64,000 bases of DNA. Source: Octopus sinensis. Lineage: Eukaryota. The DNA is taken from assembly GCF_006345805.1 (NCBI RefSeq), contig NC_043014.1, forward strand, positions 3,534,001 through 3,598,000. Direction: 5' to 3'. The notes beneath the pieces were generated by a model. It was not told the origin of the DNA, ran no database searches, and saw only the letters and a list, made by a program, of their open reading frames with translations. Shown here one piece after another: positions 41,843 through 54,364 of the stretch. The translations under genes and the position numbers were made by a program. Positions within the stretch are counted from its first letter, which is position 1; each line of letters opens with the position of its first letter.

Positions 41843-41873
41843 CTAGCTGACCCCGTACCGTCAAAAATGACGG
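41843..41873 (-). mobile_element. Helitron-type 3' terminus of a different family
   Basis: CCGTCA-tttt-TGACGG hairpin 11 nt from CTAG|T on the minus strand; 5' end not identified. Confidence 0.65.
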
Positions 41874-43070
41874 CTAATTGTAGTATTTTATATATAAATA
41901 AAGCACAAAAACAAAGTTTTTAGGGCATGTCTACAGATTCCCGCCCCACCGACTTTGGGTGACCATAACTTTAAGAAAAATGGATATTTTTTAATGAAAT
42001 TTTCTAGGAATATGTGTTATATAATGTAGATTCAGAATATGCAAAATTTTTGGGGAAAAGTGTTTTAGGAGGGGTGGGATGGGGAGTTTCGGAAAATTCA
42101 CCGACGTCCGCTTTAATTCGTCTTAACTTTCAAGAAATTCGATATTTTTTAATGAAATTTTCTACAAATATACCTCGGACTATTTAGATTCCGAGAACAT
42201 AGGAATTTGGGGGTAAAACAATTGGGGGTTATTTTTCAGGACCCTTCCCCACTCGGGGCGGGGGTCGGTCAATATATACTTGGAAACGGAGTGGGGTGAG
42301 GTGGAAACCTCGGAAATTTCACCCACCCCCACCCCCATTGATCTTTTCACCATCACGATTTTCACTAAGGGAAAAAAAACAAAAATTTCCAATGAATCCG
42401 GGACGGATTTCTCTAACCTGACCCTGGAAAGATCAATGGGGTTGGGAGTGGAATTTCCGAGTATTCCACCTCATCTCACTCCGTTTTTCGGACTCCAAAA
42501 AGGGTTTTGTGTCATATTAGGATGCCACAAGAATTCATTCAACGAAAAAAAAAAATTTCCAATGACTCCGAGACCGGGGCGGGGGTTCCCCTTCGTCCCT
42601 TCTTTTCCGAACCAAAATAAGGGATTTGCAGCATATTAGGAGGTCAGGGTACTTGATTCCACGCAAAAAATCCGACTGAATTTTTTTTTTTCTTTGTGAA
42701 AATCGTGTGGGTGTTAATCTGAAAAATTACCTTATTTTTGAGGATCGTTCCCCACTCGGGGTTGTTTCGGAACAGGTCGCCCATATTTATTTCCTTTTCC
42801 CCGTTTTGTGCGTTTGTGCATCCGTAGATTTCTACTGAAGCAGGAAACTCGTTATGCTAAAAACACCAGCTAAAGGTCTAAACGTTTCTAACAGAAAGAC
42901 ATTGAATGGAATAATTCCCCGTTTGAACTTTTTTATTTACAAATATATTTGTGTGTGAGGACACTAAGAATAAGCATTCCACCCCTTTATGTTTTTTTTT
43001 CTCTCTCCATTTTGACAGGTATTTTTCTCATTTCATTTTTCACTCGGGCCTTCCAGATGATGTGGTGGTC

Positions 43071-43900
43071 ATGGGGGACATGTTTCCATTATGCACTGAC
43101 CATGACGGGCTAATTGACCGATTAAAAAGATATGGACTTTTAACTCAAGCTCATGTCTGCGAGTGTGGTCGCAATTGTTCCTTTGTTAAACCATCGCAGC
43201 ACCGAGATAGATCTGCTTGGACGTGTGCACTGCTCTCGGCCATGTCGGAAAGGCCATGAGACATGGATCGTTCTTCTCTAAGAGCCACCTGTCCTTAGGT
43301 ATAATAATACTGCACTTTCTGTATTGGTGGTCCATTGACGAACCACTAAAAACAATGATGCACGAACTTAATACTGCAAGTTGGTCCACTGTGGTGGACT
43401 GGGATAATTTCTGCCGAGACGTTTTAGCCAAAAACATTAACAATCCGGTTCTAATTGGCGGCCTTCATGTCGTGGTTGCCATTGACGAATCGAAATTTCT
43501 GCACCGGAAAAAACGGCGGGATGGGCATAAGGACGGCATTTTGGGTGAGATTGAATTGGACAATGGTACGAATTGCTTCCTTTCAGTATGCTCGGATAAA
43601 CAGCCAGTCCATGGATACCTTGGAATCCATTATCCAGCAACATGTCCCACCCAGGTAGAAATAATTTCCACCGACGAATGGGCGACGGACCGTAATTTGC
43701 AAAAAAGGTTTCCGACATTTATCTGCGAACCATTCGATATCATTTGTTGAGGAAGCCAAAGGTGTCCACACAAACCATGTGCAAGGCACGTGGGGCGCAT
43801 GCTAAGCGCAAATATCGACAAATTCATGGCACCTCTTCTCCAAGCTGTTCCCCACATATTTAATGGAGTTTATGTGGCAGAAGAGGTTCCCTCAGAAGAA
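43071..43900 (+). pseudogene. Decayed Merlin (IS1016/IS1595-like) DDE transposase
   Basis: GLL...CECG...D...WTC; [11 protein letters not shown]; [16 protein letters not shown]; IISTDEW; [17 protein letters not shown]. Frameshifts near 43215 and 43740; the catalytic E position reads Q. Confidence 0.85.
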
Positions 43901-44232
43901 AATCTGAACGTCTCCTTCTTCAAATTGCAGAACAAAGCACATTTTCAAAAATCATACATAACATACGCTAGATTTATTATTATTATTTTGCAAGACATTT
44001 TAGTTTTCGGAGATGTACTTGCATAGCAAGTGACCTGATCTGAGATCGTGTGCTGAAACGAAAACAATTGCAGCGTGGAAGGTGTTTGTAAGCCATTTAA
44101 GAAACACACAAAAGCCGTTCGATTCACTTCAACATTTAAGTTTAATTTGTCAAAATATTTTCGTCGCTTTAAGATCGCGACCTGTTCACTGACCAAGTCC
44201 GTGCTGCTTCTGAGAAAGTAACAGTTAGTTCG

Positions 44233-44269
<37 letters not shown>

Positions 44270-45749
44270 TGTATGTATGTATGTATGTATGCACGCATGT
44301 ATGCATGCATGTATGTATGTATGTACGTACGTACGCCTGTGTGTATGTATGTATGTATGCATGCATGTATGTATGTACGTACGTATGCCTGTGTGTATGT
44401 ATGTTTGTATGCATGCATGTACGTACGTACGCCTGTGTGTATGTATGTATGTATAATATGTATGTACGTACGTACGCCTGTGTGTATGTATGTTTGTATA
44501 TATGTATGGATGTATGTATGCACGCATGTATGTATGTGCGTACGTACGCCTGTGTGTATGTATGTAAGTATGTGTGTGTATATGCACGCACACACACACT
44601 ATAAACTTAAAGCTATAAACCTGTAGTGATGGATAGATGTAGACTGACCACTCATCACAACAATATCAAATTTCAACCCCCCCCCCCCCCCACCGAAACA
44701 AGGAAGTGATTTACGACCCTCACCCCCAAAACAAAACCCTAAAACCTATTATCAGTCATTAGTTTCCATTTTTAGTCCACTGCAATAATATGAACGACTT
44801 GTTCCGAAACCCCCCACCGAGTGGGGAACGGTCCTCAAAAGTAACCCCCAATTGTTTTGCCCCCAAATTCCTATGTTCTCGGAATCTAAATAGTTTTAGT
44901 TTTCATTTTGTAGAAATAGTTTAAGAGAAAGAAACTCAATCTTGTGTTTCATCAATGCATGATTGACCCATGACCCTGCAATTAAAGGCCAACATTTATA
45001 GAATGGCTCTTGAATAAACTTCATGATTTCTCTGAAGCAGCGAAAATTGGTCTTTTATGAACGAACAAGTGAGTAAGAAATGTTCTTTAATGTAACTTTC
45101 GAATTTAGCTTTAGTTATAAGTGGAAATAATCTTCAAATGTTTTTCATTAAATCGAAATCTTTTCCTTTCTTCTGTCTATATTTTTCCTCATTTTTCTAC
45201 CATTTCCAATTCTTCAAACATTTGGAATTATTTTAAGGATTCTCCTTTTCTTTCAAGACATTTTCCCTTCAACTTTTGACTCGATTGAGTAATGGCTAAT
45301 TTGAGTAATGGCTAATTTCAGTATTGGCAGAGTTTTGGGGTCAGAAATTTCCCCTTGGTTAAATTTCCCAAACAAAATAAACCTGAGGAATATAACCCAT
45401 GACAAACCATTATCAAAATAGCCCCTTCTCAACCAATAATAAATCCCCTAATTATCCCTGCTAACGGGGATTTTCCCAATTTCTTTTTCACCAGGGTCTA
45501 ACTTTTTCTCACGGCCCCTCCTTTCTCCTCTTTATCCCCATCCGGACCGATTTCACCCTTTTAAATTTTCTTTTCCTGAAGTAAGCATTTAAAAACGATG
45601 AGGGAAGTCTTTATGGTTAAAAAGAAAAATTATATTTTTAGAAGAAAAGGTGTGTGATATAAAGGAAAACCGAAAAAGCTTCTCTTAATATTTTTTAAGT
45701 TTGTGGGGCTGAGGTGGAAAAATAATTATGAACTTTAGAAAACAAATTT

Positions 45750-46460
45750 TTCATAAAATGTCCCCCATGACCACCACGTCATCTGGAAGGCCTGAGTGAA
45801 AAATGAAATGAGAAAAATCCCTGTCAAAACGGAGAAAAAAAGCACAAATATGGACGACTTGTTCCGAAACACCCCTCGAGTGGGGAACGGTCCTCAAAAA
45901 TAACCCCCAATTGTTTTGCCCCCAGATTTCTATGTTCTCAGAATCTAAATAGTTGGAGGTATATTTGTAGACGGCGTCGAGCTGGCAGAAACGTTAGCAC
46001 GCCAGGCGAAATGCGTAGCTGTATTTCGTCTGTCGTTAGGTTGTGAGTTCAAATTCCGCCGAGGTCGACTTTGCCTTTCATCCTTTCGGGGTCGATAAAT
46101 TAAGTACCAGTTACGATACATTAAGTACCACTGGGGTCGATGTAATCGACTTAATACCTATGTCTGTCTTTGTCCCCTCTATGTTTTATCCCCTTGTGGG
46201 TAATAAAGAAATAGGTATATTTGTAGAGAATTTCATTAAAAAATATCAATTTTCTTGAAAGTGAAGACGAATTGAAGTGGACGTCGGTGAAGTTTCCGAA
46301 ACTCCCTACTCCATTCCCTCCTAAAACACTTTCCCCTAAAAGTTCTGTATATTCTGAATCTTCATGATATAACACATATTCATAGAAAATTTCATTAAAA
46401 AATATCCATTTTTCTGAAAGCTATGATCACCCAAAGTCGTGGTGGTGGGGCAGGAATCGG
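45750..46460 (-). repeat. Inverted copy of the sequence upstream of and including the start of the Merlin ORF (partial second inverted copy at 44790-44894)
   Basis: Reverse complement matches 41935-42245 + 42735-42800 + 43000-43085; interrupted by a family B SINE with a 14-bp TSD. Confidence 0.85.
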
Positions 46461-46552
46461 AGCTACATTTTAGATGTCTGTGATTCCGAATATGCAAGAA
46501 ACCACGTTTTCAAAATTTTAAATTCTATAAGCATATAGACACATGTCTAAAG

Positions 46553-46745
46553 CAGTGGTTTTCAACCAGGGTTCCACCAGTACAGTCCAGGGGTTCCGCA
46601 AAAAGTTACAAAAATCGACAGTAATTTTTAATTCTCCTGTGCAGATATGTGTGCATAAGACAATTAAATTATTGCACAGGGGTTCCTCAAGCCAGTGGAA
46701 TGTTTCCTTGGGGTTCCGCTTCAGCAAAAAGTTTGAAAAGCACTG
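46553..46745. mobile_element. 193-bp hAT (Charlie-like) MITE
   Basis: CAGTGGTTTTCAAC...TTTGAAAAGCACTG with exact 8-bp TSD GTCTAAAG. A related terminus is at ~25673. Confidence 0.88.
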
Positions 46746-48189
46746 GTCTAAAGAGATGGATATGAATGCTTTCCTGGGGCTAAAAACAACAGTAACACCA
46801 TCTTCTATAGGACCACCACATTTACTTGATAAATCTCTATATATATATATAAAGCTGAAGCTGTGTTCAGTGTATGGCAGGTTTGGTAGCCTTCAACTAA
46901 CACTGTCTCCTCCAAGACCCTGCGGCGCAAGTTGACCAAAATTGAAAGTATGATAAAAGAAGGTTTGCTCTTCCTTCCGTAGAAGAAAAAATTCAGATCA
47001 GACGATGTTAACACCAAAAATTATTTACATCAAAAAGGTGCATTTTTTTCTATGAAAATCCCTTTTTTTTTTGTGATTTTTTGACTGCTGTGTCGCCATT
47101 TTTCGGTGTATTTCAACCAGAAAAATGTTCACTTAAACAAGCTACATAATGCAAAATTTTTACTTTTCAAAAATTCCAATTCTAAAGGGTCAAAACAAAC
47201 CCGAGCAACTGCTAGTATATTTTATGAATAAATGGACAGAAATAAATAGATAGATAAATAAATGGATGAAAAAGTTTAAAATTGGAAGGGGGGGGGTGAA
47301 ATTTGAGCCCCTTATTAAAATTTATAACATTAATTATTAAACATCAAATGTTTGTTCCTCATAAAATGGTGTTTATTTAATTTACATTAAATTATTATTT
47401 ACGATTATTTAAGGCAAGAAAAACGCTAATTCTTTTCACTTTGATGTTTTCGTCTGTATTTAATTTTTATTTGCATATGTTCGTCAATTTGCTACAATCT
47501 CTCTAAACAGAATAAAAAATTTTAATTAGGAGTGAAATTTTAAAAAGTTGTTTTGTCTTTTTTTTCACATATTCGTAATCTCCGACATCTAAACCGTAGG
47601 AATCCGAAAGAAATTTTTTCAAAAAAAATGAATTTTTCAAGGACAGGTGCAAAACTGCATTAGCCTCCAAGAATCTGTAGTTATGCCATTTTTAGTTTAA
47701 TAATTCTTGCCAAATTTTTTGGTGAAAAATCTATCTGCAACTATCATCCCTTGACTGCTTGTTTCCTTCAAAAGAATTTTAAAGTTTTCTTTCCTCCTTG
47801 TACGACTTAAGGCCACAAAGGGCTGGCCGTGACCAAATACAGAAGCTGTAGATTAAATACCAATTTTTTCGAAGCGACGTTTCCTTTCAATTGCGTTCTC
47901 CATTACTGAAACCAACCGAAATTCATGCGACTTGATGTTGTAAAAACTCCCTATTCAAAATTATTACATAAATTTCTTAGTATAATTAAATTAAGCGCAT
48001 AGGCGTAGGAGCGGCTGTGTGGTAATAGCTTGCTTATGAACCACATGGTTCTGGGTTCAGTACCACTGCCTGACACCTTGGGCAAGTGTCTTCTACTATA
48101 GCCTCGGGCCGACCAAAGCCTTGTGAGTGGATTTGGTAGACGGAAACTGAAAGAAGCCCATCGTATATATATATATACATATATATATA

Positions 48190-48720
48190 TATTATTGGTG
48201 AATTGAAGAAATGGAGCTGAACGCAGATTGAACAGAAATCGTTTTATTTCATTCTACAATAAACGATTTCTGTTCAATCTGCGTTCAGCTCCATTTCTCA
48301 TATCACCAATATGTTTTAATTTCATTATCCGCACCAACGCACGTTTGCAACGCCAGATGGTTGTACCTCCAACCGTGCTGTTCATGATTTTGCTACTAAG
48401 GTATCGGTTAAACTTTTGATTAATCACTACTTATTCATCTTTCTTTTCACATATATATATATATTATTGGTGAATTGAAGAAATGGAGCTGAACGCAGAT
48501 TAACAGAAATCTACATTCTATTAAAACGATTTCTGTTCAATCGGGCACCAGTTGGTAGTTTCAGGCTCCATTTCTTCAAACCAATGTTTTATTTCAATTA
48601 TCCGCACCAACGCACGGTTGCAACCCAGATGGTTGTACCTCCAACCGTGCTGTTCACTGCTGTGATTTTTGCTACTAAGGTATCGGTTAAACTTTTGATT
48701 ACCACTACAAGATATTCTCT
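48190..48720. mobile_element. Hairpin-containing tandem duplicated element (probable Penelope-like remnant) inside the (TA)n tract of a family A SINE
   Basis: ~50-bp inverted arms at 48193-48310; second copy at 48460-48710; SINE head on the left and SINE body on the right. Confidence 0.5.
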
Positions 48721-48746
48721 TTCTATTTCACATATATATATTATAT

Positions 48747-48788
<42 letters not shown>

Positions 48789-49074
48789 TATAGATATATT
48801 TATATATATATATATGTATGTGTGTGTATATGTTTGTGCGTCTGTGTTTGTCCCCCAACATCTCTTGACAACCGATGCTGGTGTGTTTATGTCCCCGTAA
48901 CTTAGTGGTTCAGCAAAAGAAACCAATAGAATAAGTACGAGGCTTTAGAAAATAAGTCCTGGGATCGATTTGCTTGACTAAAGGTAGTGCTCCAGGATGG
49001 CCACAGTCAAATGACTGAAACAAGTGAAAGAATTAAAAGAAAAAAAAGAAATATATATATATGTGTGTGTGTGT

Positions 49075-49640
49075 GTGTGGTGGTTGTCCACTCCTTATGC
49101 AGAGTTTGACCACCTCCTGTACCTACTCCTCAGAACCATCATGGCATCTGATGTGGCTTTTTAAACCAGACAATGTTTTGAAAAGACACCCAATTTGATT
49201 GCACCTCTGATTTGGACCACCGAGAGCTGCAGTTAAGTTCTGATCTTTGTGGATCTTAAAATGTCTTCTGAGGCCTCCATTAGATTTGCAGACCTTCTGG
49301 CATACATTGCATTGAAAGGTGTGCACAGGCATATAGGCAGAACAGATATAATTGAATTGGATAGGGTCAACAAGAAGGGGTACGGTTGGACAGTTATTTG
49401 TAATCCCTCCGCATGTTTCCACACGACATTATTCTTCATAATTACAGGAATTTGATTATGCAATGGTTTACCTGTTTAATGGGATCCAGTTGTATTTCTT
49501 CAGATGATACTCAATTGCTGTCCCCATTAGTTACAAAACCTTTGACTTCGATGCTAACACAGCCATCTGCCTCTTTTGAATTTAGTAGACACTCAATTTT
49601 ATTTTCACAATTGACCAATGCCCAAATCTAAACTTGGAAA
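49075..49640 (-). mobile_element. RTE-type LINE 3' end with C-terminal C2H2-like zinc fingers
   Basis: FQCNVCQKVCKSNGGLRRHFKIH...CNQIGCLFKTLSGLKSHIRCH*, then a short 3' UTR ending GAGTGGACAACC + (AC)n; upstream frame broken by stops and frameshifts. Confidence 0.6.
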
Positions 49641-50213
49641 TAGTTTGTAATACCTATTTCTTTACTACCCACTAGGGGCTAAACACAGAGGGGACAAACA
49701 AGGACAGACAAACGGATTAAGTCAATTATATCCACCCCAGTGCGTAACTGGTACTTTATTTATCGACCCCAAAAGGATAGCCGACCTCGGCGGAATTTGA
49801 ACTCAGAACGTAGTGGCAGACGAAATACCTATTTCTTTACTACCCACAAGGGGCTAAACACAGAGGGGACAAACAAGGACAGACAAAAGGATTAAGTTGA
49901 TTACATCGACCCCAGTGCGTCACTGGTACTTAATTTATCGACCCCGAAAGGATGAAAGGCAAAGTCGACCTCGGTGGAATTTGAACTCAGAACATAGCGG
50001 CAGACGAAATACCGCTAAGCATTTTGCCTGGCGTGCTAATGTTTCTGCGAGCTCGCCGCCTTTAGTAGTTTGTAATACCATCGGCTATTTGGTAATTCTA
50101 AGGTTGAACAAGCTCTATTTTGTACCTTCCTACATTCCTGATGGAATACACCTTAAATATATTTACCAAAATTACATAAAAATATCTTGAAATACTTAAA
50201 GAGTAAATTTATT

Positions 50214-50890
50214 CAATAGAATCGCCATTGGCTTCAACCACAGCCTCCAGACAACTTTGAAATCTCCTGCAACTCTTTTGGACAGTTTCCTTGTTTAAGT
50301 TAGTGAATGCTGCCATAATCCTTGCCCTCAGTTCATCTTTGGTGTTACAAGGAGTTTTGTTGGTCTCTCGCTCAAATGAGCCCCACACATAATAATCGAG
50401 GGGTTTGCAGTCTGGGGTGTAAGGTGGCTAGATGTTAGGGGTGATGTGGTCACAGAAATCGTCTGACTGCCATGACTGGGTTCTCCTGCTTGTGTGGCAT
50501 GGTGCAGAGTCCTGTTGCCAGACATAGGGTCTTCCAGCAGCCGCCCTCTTGACCCAGGGCAGCACTACCTCCTCCAGACACTTGATGTAAGTCTCCATGT
50601 TGAGTCTGAAGTTGTGTGGGAAGATGCATTGACGTATAATGTTGCCATCACTATAAATCACTCCAAACACCATGATGTTGACTGGATGTTTGTTTTTTAT
50701 CACTCGGTATTCTCTGAATATTTAATAACTTCCATAACTTTACAAATAATTGCATGAAATTTTGATAAAATGTGAAAAGAGAGGGAAAATGTTAAATAAT
50801 TAATTTCCATAATGTCCTTTATATTGTATCCAAATCTCATGCATTTATTTGTTAAAAATTGAAACCCATTGGTGACTTTTGGGACACCCG
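50214..50890 (-). pseudogene. Internally deleted Tc1/mariner transposase, DD37D (maT-type)
   Basis: IMVFGVI..DG...YVWQQD-SAPCH...(37 residues, one W>stop)...PPYTPDCKPL-DYYVWG; terminal GGGTGTCCCAAAA motif at ~50878-50890. Confidence 0.85.
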
Positions 50891-51088
50891 TCTGTGCATG
50901 TATATATATATACAACGGAGTGGTTGGCGTTAGGAAGGGCATCCAGCTGTAGAAACACTGCCAGATAAGACTGGAGCCTGGTGCAGCCTTCTGGCTTCCC
51001 AGATCCCCAGTCGAACCGTCCAACCCATGCTAGCATGGAGAACGGACGTTAAACGATGATGATGATGATGATGATGATGATATATATA

Positions 51089-51131
<43 letters not shown>

Positions 51132-51243
51132 ATATATATAATATAAAGTTAATCCAAACAAGAAAACAAAAAAACACAACAATGCAAGGACATGGAACAA
51201 ATAAAGTATTATTGGACGCTCAGGAAAGAAGGGAAGAAGGAGG

Positions 51244-51278
51244 GTTTAACGTTTCGAGCGGAGCTCTTCGTCGGAAAC
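51244..51278 (-). ncRNA. Minimal hammerhead-ribozyme motif (U4C, extra A after A9) in a Penelope-like remnant (51140-51330)
   Basis: GTTT-CCGACGA-A-GAGC tcc GCTC-GAAACGT-T-AAAC. Stem III is reduced to one pair with palindromic ACGT. Confidence 0.6.
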
Positions 51279-53138
51279 ATAGGAGAAGGAAAGATCCCAA
51301 GAAGGGAAGACAGAGGAAAAAAAATCGCCATGTATATAAATGATGGGCTTCTTTTAATTTTTGTCTACCAAATCCACCAACAAAGCTTTGGTTAGCCCCA
51401 AATGATACCAGAAGGCACACATTAAGACTGAACCTGAAAGCACAGGGCTGACAAGCAAGCTTCTTTACCACACAACTATGCCTGCATTCTGGAAAGCCAG
51501 CCATAGTGACCTTCACCGTTTGGAACAAATGGAAGTAACCTACATAATGGAAATGCCTTAGAAGACACACAATAGAGTTATTAGCATTGTTTACATGTAA
51601 CGATGACTAAGATTAATTAAACTGACTTAATTAAGTGTTTTATAGTGCCTTTCATAATTATATATATTGTATATGTATGGGCATGGATGTGTGGTGATAT
51701 ATATATGTAGGCGCAGGAGTGGCTGTGTGGTAAGTAGCTTGCTAACCAGCCACATGGTTCCGGGTTCAGTCCCATTGCGTGGCACCTTGGGCAAGTGTCT
51801 TCTACTATAGCCTCGGGCCAACCAAAGCCTTGTGAGTGGATATGGTAGACGGAAACTGAAAGAAGCCTGTCGTATATATGTATATATATATATGTATGTG
51901 TGTGTGTCTGTGTCTGTGTTTGTCCCCCTAGCATTGCTTGACAACCGATGCTGGTGTGTTTACGTCCCCGTCACTTAGCGGTTCGGCAAAAGAGACTGAT
52001 AGAATAAGTACTGGGCTTACAAAGAATAAGTCCTGGGGTCGATTTGCTCAACTAAAGGTGGTGCTCCAGCATGGCCGCAGTCAAAATGACTGAAACAAGT
52101 AAAAGAGTAAAAGAGTAATTCAAAGAAATTCCAACTCTGTTTTTTATGTTTTATTTATATTCTTTATAATATTAATGTAGAATATAAAATATATAGTATA
52201 AATAATATATATATAGTAAAATGAAATGAAGTATTGATTGTCTTATTGAATGGATGAAATATTGAATATAAAATATTAAGGGACTAGTATACTTTCTTGC
52301 ATTTAAGCAGTCATCAAGGTCCCAGGTTGTGACAGGAGTGTATATATATATATATATACACACACATACACATACTTATATATACATATATATAAACATA
52401 TATATATATATATGCACATATATATATATATGTGTGTGTGTGTACATAAATATATTTATATATGCATACACACACACGCATACATATGTATGTGTACATG
52501 TGTATGTATGTATGTATATATATATATATATATATATAATATCAATACACACACACACACACAAATATATGTGCACACACATTCATAAGCTAAAAATATT
52601 GACTCAAAGGAGCTACTGTCAAACAGAAAATTTTCATTTCTAACTTGGCATTCCAAGAGATAATAAAACCTTTATGATAAGTCAAGGAACGATGATTTTA
52701 TCTGATTCATACATGCATCCATGTGTGTGTGTGTGTGACCTGTGGGTATGAATGTATGCACATCTGTGTGTATGTGTATGTATATATATATATATATATA
52801 TATCGGTCAATGCCAGCGCTGCCTTGACTGGCTCCAGTGCCAGTGGCACATAAAAAGCACAATCTGAACGTGACCGATGCCAGCGCCACCTTAGCTGGCT
52901 TCCGTGCTGGTGGCACGTTAAAAGCACCAACCGTTCGTGGCCGATGCCGGCCCCCCCTAGCACCTGTGCAGGTGGCACGTAAAAAGCACCCACTACACTC
53001 GCGGAGTGGTTGGCGTTAGGAAGGGCATCCAGCTGTAGAAACACTGCCAGATCAGACTGGGCCTGGTGTAGCCTTCGGGCTTCCCAGACCCCGGTCAAAC
53101 CGTCCAACCCATGCTAGCACGGAAAACGGACGTTAAAC

Positions 53139-53171
<33 letters not shown>

Positions 53172-53519
53172 ATATCTAGTTTAACATCCATTTTCCATGC
53201 TGGCATGTGTTGAACAGTTCGACTGAGAACTGGTGAGCCAGAAGGCTGCACCAGGCCCCAATCTGATCTGGCAGTGTTTCTACAGTTAGATGCTCTCCCT
53301 AACGCCAACCACTCTGAGAGTGTAGTGGGTTCTTTTTTTCGTGCCACCGGCACAGAAGCCAGAGGTGGCTGGCATCGATCATGTTTGGATGGTGCTTTTA
53401 CGTGCAACCGGCATGGGAGCCAGTCAAGGTGATGCTGGCATTGGCCACCAGCACAGGAGCCAGTCAGGACAAGGAAGCTGGCATTGACCACATTCGGATG
53501 GTGCTTTTTACATGCCACT

Positions 53520-53554
<35 letters not shown>

Positions 53555-53557
53555 GTG

Positions 53558-53892
53558 AAGGCGCATGGCTCAGTGGTTAGAGCGTTGAGCTTACGATCGT
53601 GAGGTTGTGAGCTCGAATCCCGGACCGGGCTGCATGTTGTGTTCTTGAGCAAGACACTTTATTTCACGTTGCTCCAGTTCACTCAGCTGTAGAAATGAGT
53701 TGCGACGTCACTGGTGCCAAGCCGTATCGACCTTTGTCTTTCCCTTGGATAGCACTGGTGGTGTGGAGAGGGGAGGCTGGTATGCATGGGCGACTGCTGG
53801 TCTTCCATAAAAAACAACCTTGCCCGGACTTGTGTCTAGGAGGGTAACTTTCTAGGTGCAATCCCATGGTCAGTCATGACCGAAGGGGGTCA
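53558..53892 (+). mobile_element. tRNA-headed SINE, further family
   Basis: GGCTCAGTGGTTAGAGCG...CTCGAATCCC head, TTGAGCAAGACACTT core, distinct 3' part. Confidence 0.8.
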
Positions 53893-54330
53893 CAAAAAAA
53901 AAATATATATATATAGGCGCAGGAGTGGCTGTGTGGTAAGTAGCTTGCTAACCAACCACATGGTTCCGGGTTCAGTCCCACTGCGCGGCATCTTGGGCAA
54001 GTGTCTTCTGCTATAGCCCTGGGCCGACCAATGCCTTGTGAGTGGATTTGGTAGACGGAAACTGAAAGAAGCCTGTCGTATATATGTATATATATATATG
54101 TGTGCGTATGTGTTTGTGTGTTTGTGTTTGTCCCCCAGCATCGCTTGACAACCGATGCTGGTGTGTTTACCTCCCTGTCACTTAGCGGTTCGGCAAAAGA
54201 GACCGATAGAATAAGTACTGGGCTTACAAAGAATAAGTCCCGGGGTCGATTTGCTCGACTAAAAGGCGGTGCTCCAGCATGGCCGCAGTCAAATGACTGA
54301 AACAAGTAAAAGAGTAAAAGAGTAAAAGAG

Positions 54331-54364
<34 letters not shown>

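Noticed and set aside
42280-42639. 119-aa ORF upstream of the Merlin transposase
   Set aside because: No conserved motif; lies in internally repetitive sub-terminal sequence that is absent from the inverted copies.
49123-49422. Possible host C2H2 zinc-finger gene
   Set aside because: Only two irregular fingers at the end of a broken frame, no TGEKP linkers or splice sites, followed by a LINE-like 3' UTR and simple-repeat tail; better explained as an RTE C-terminus.
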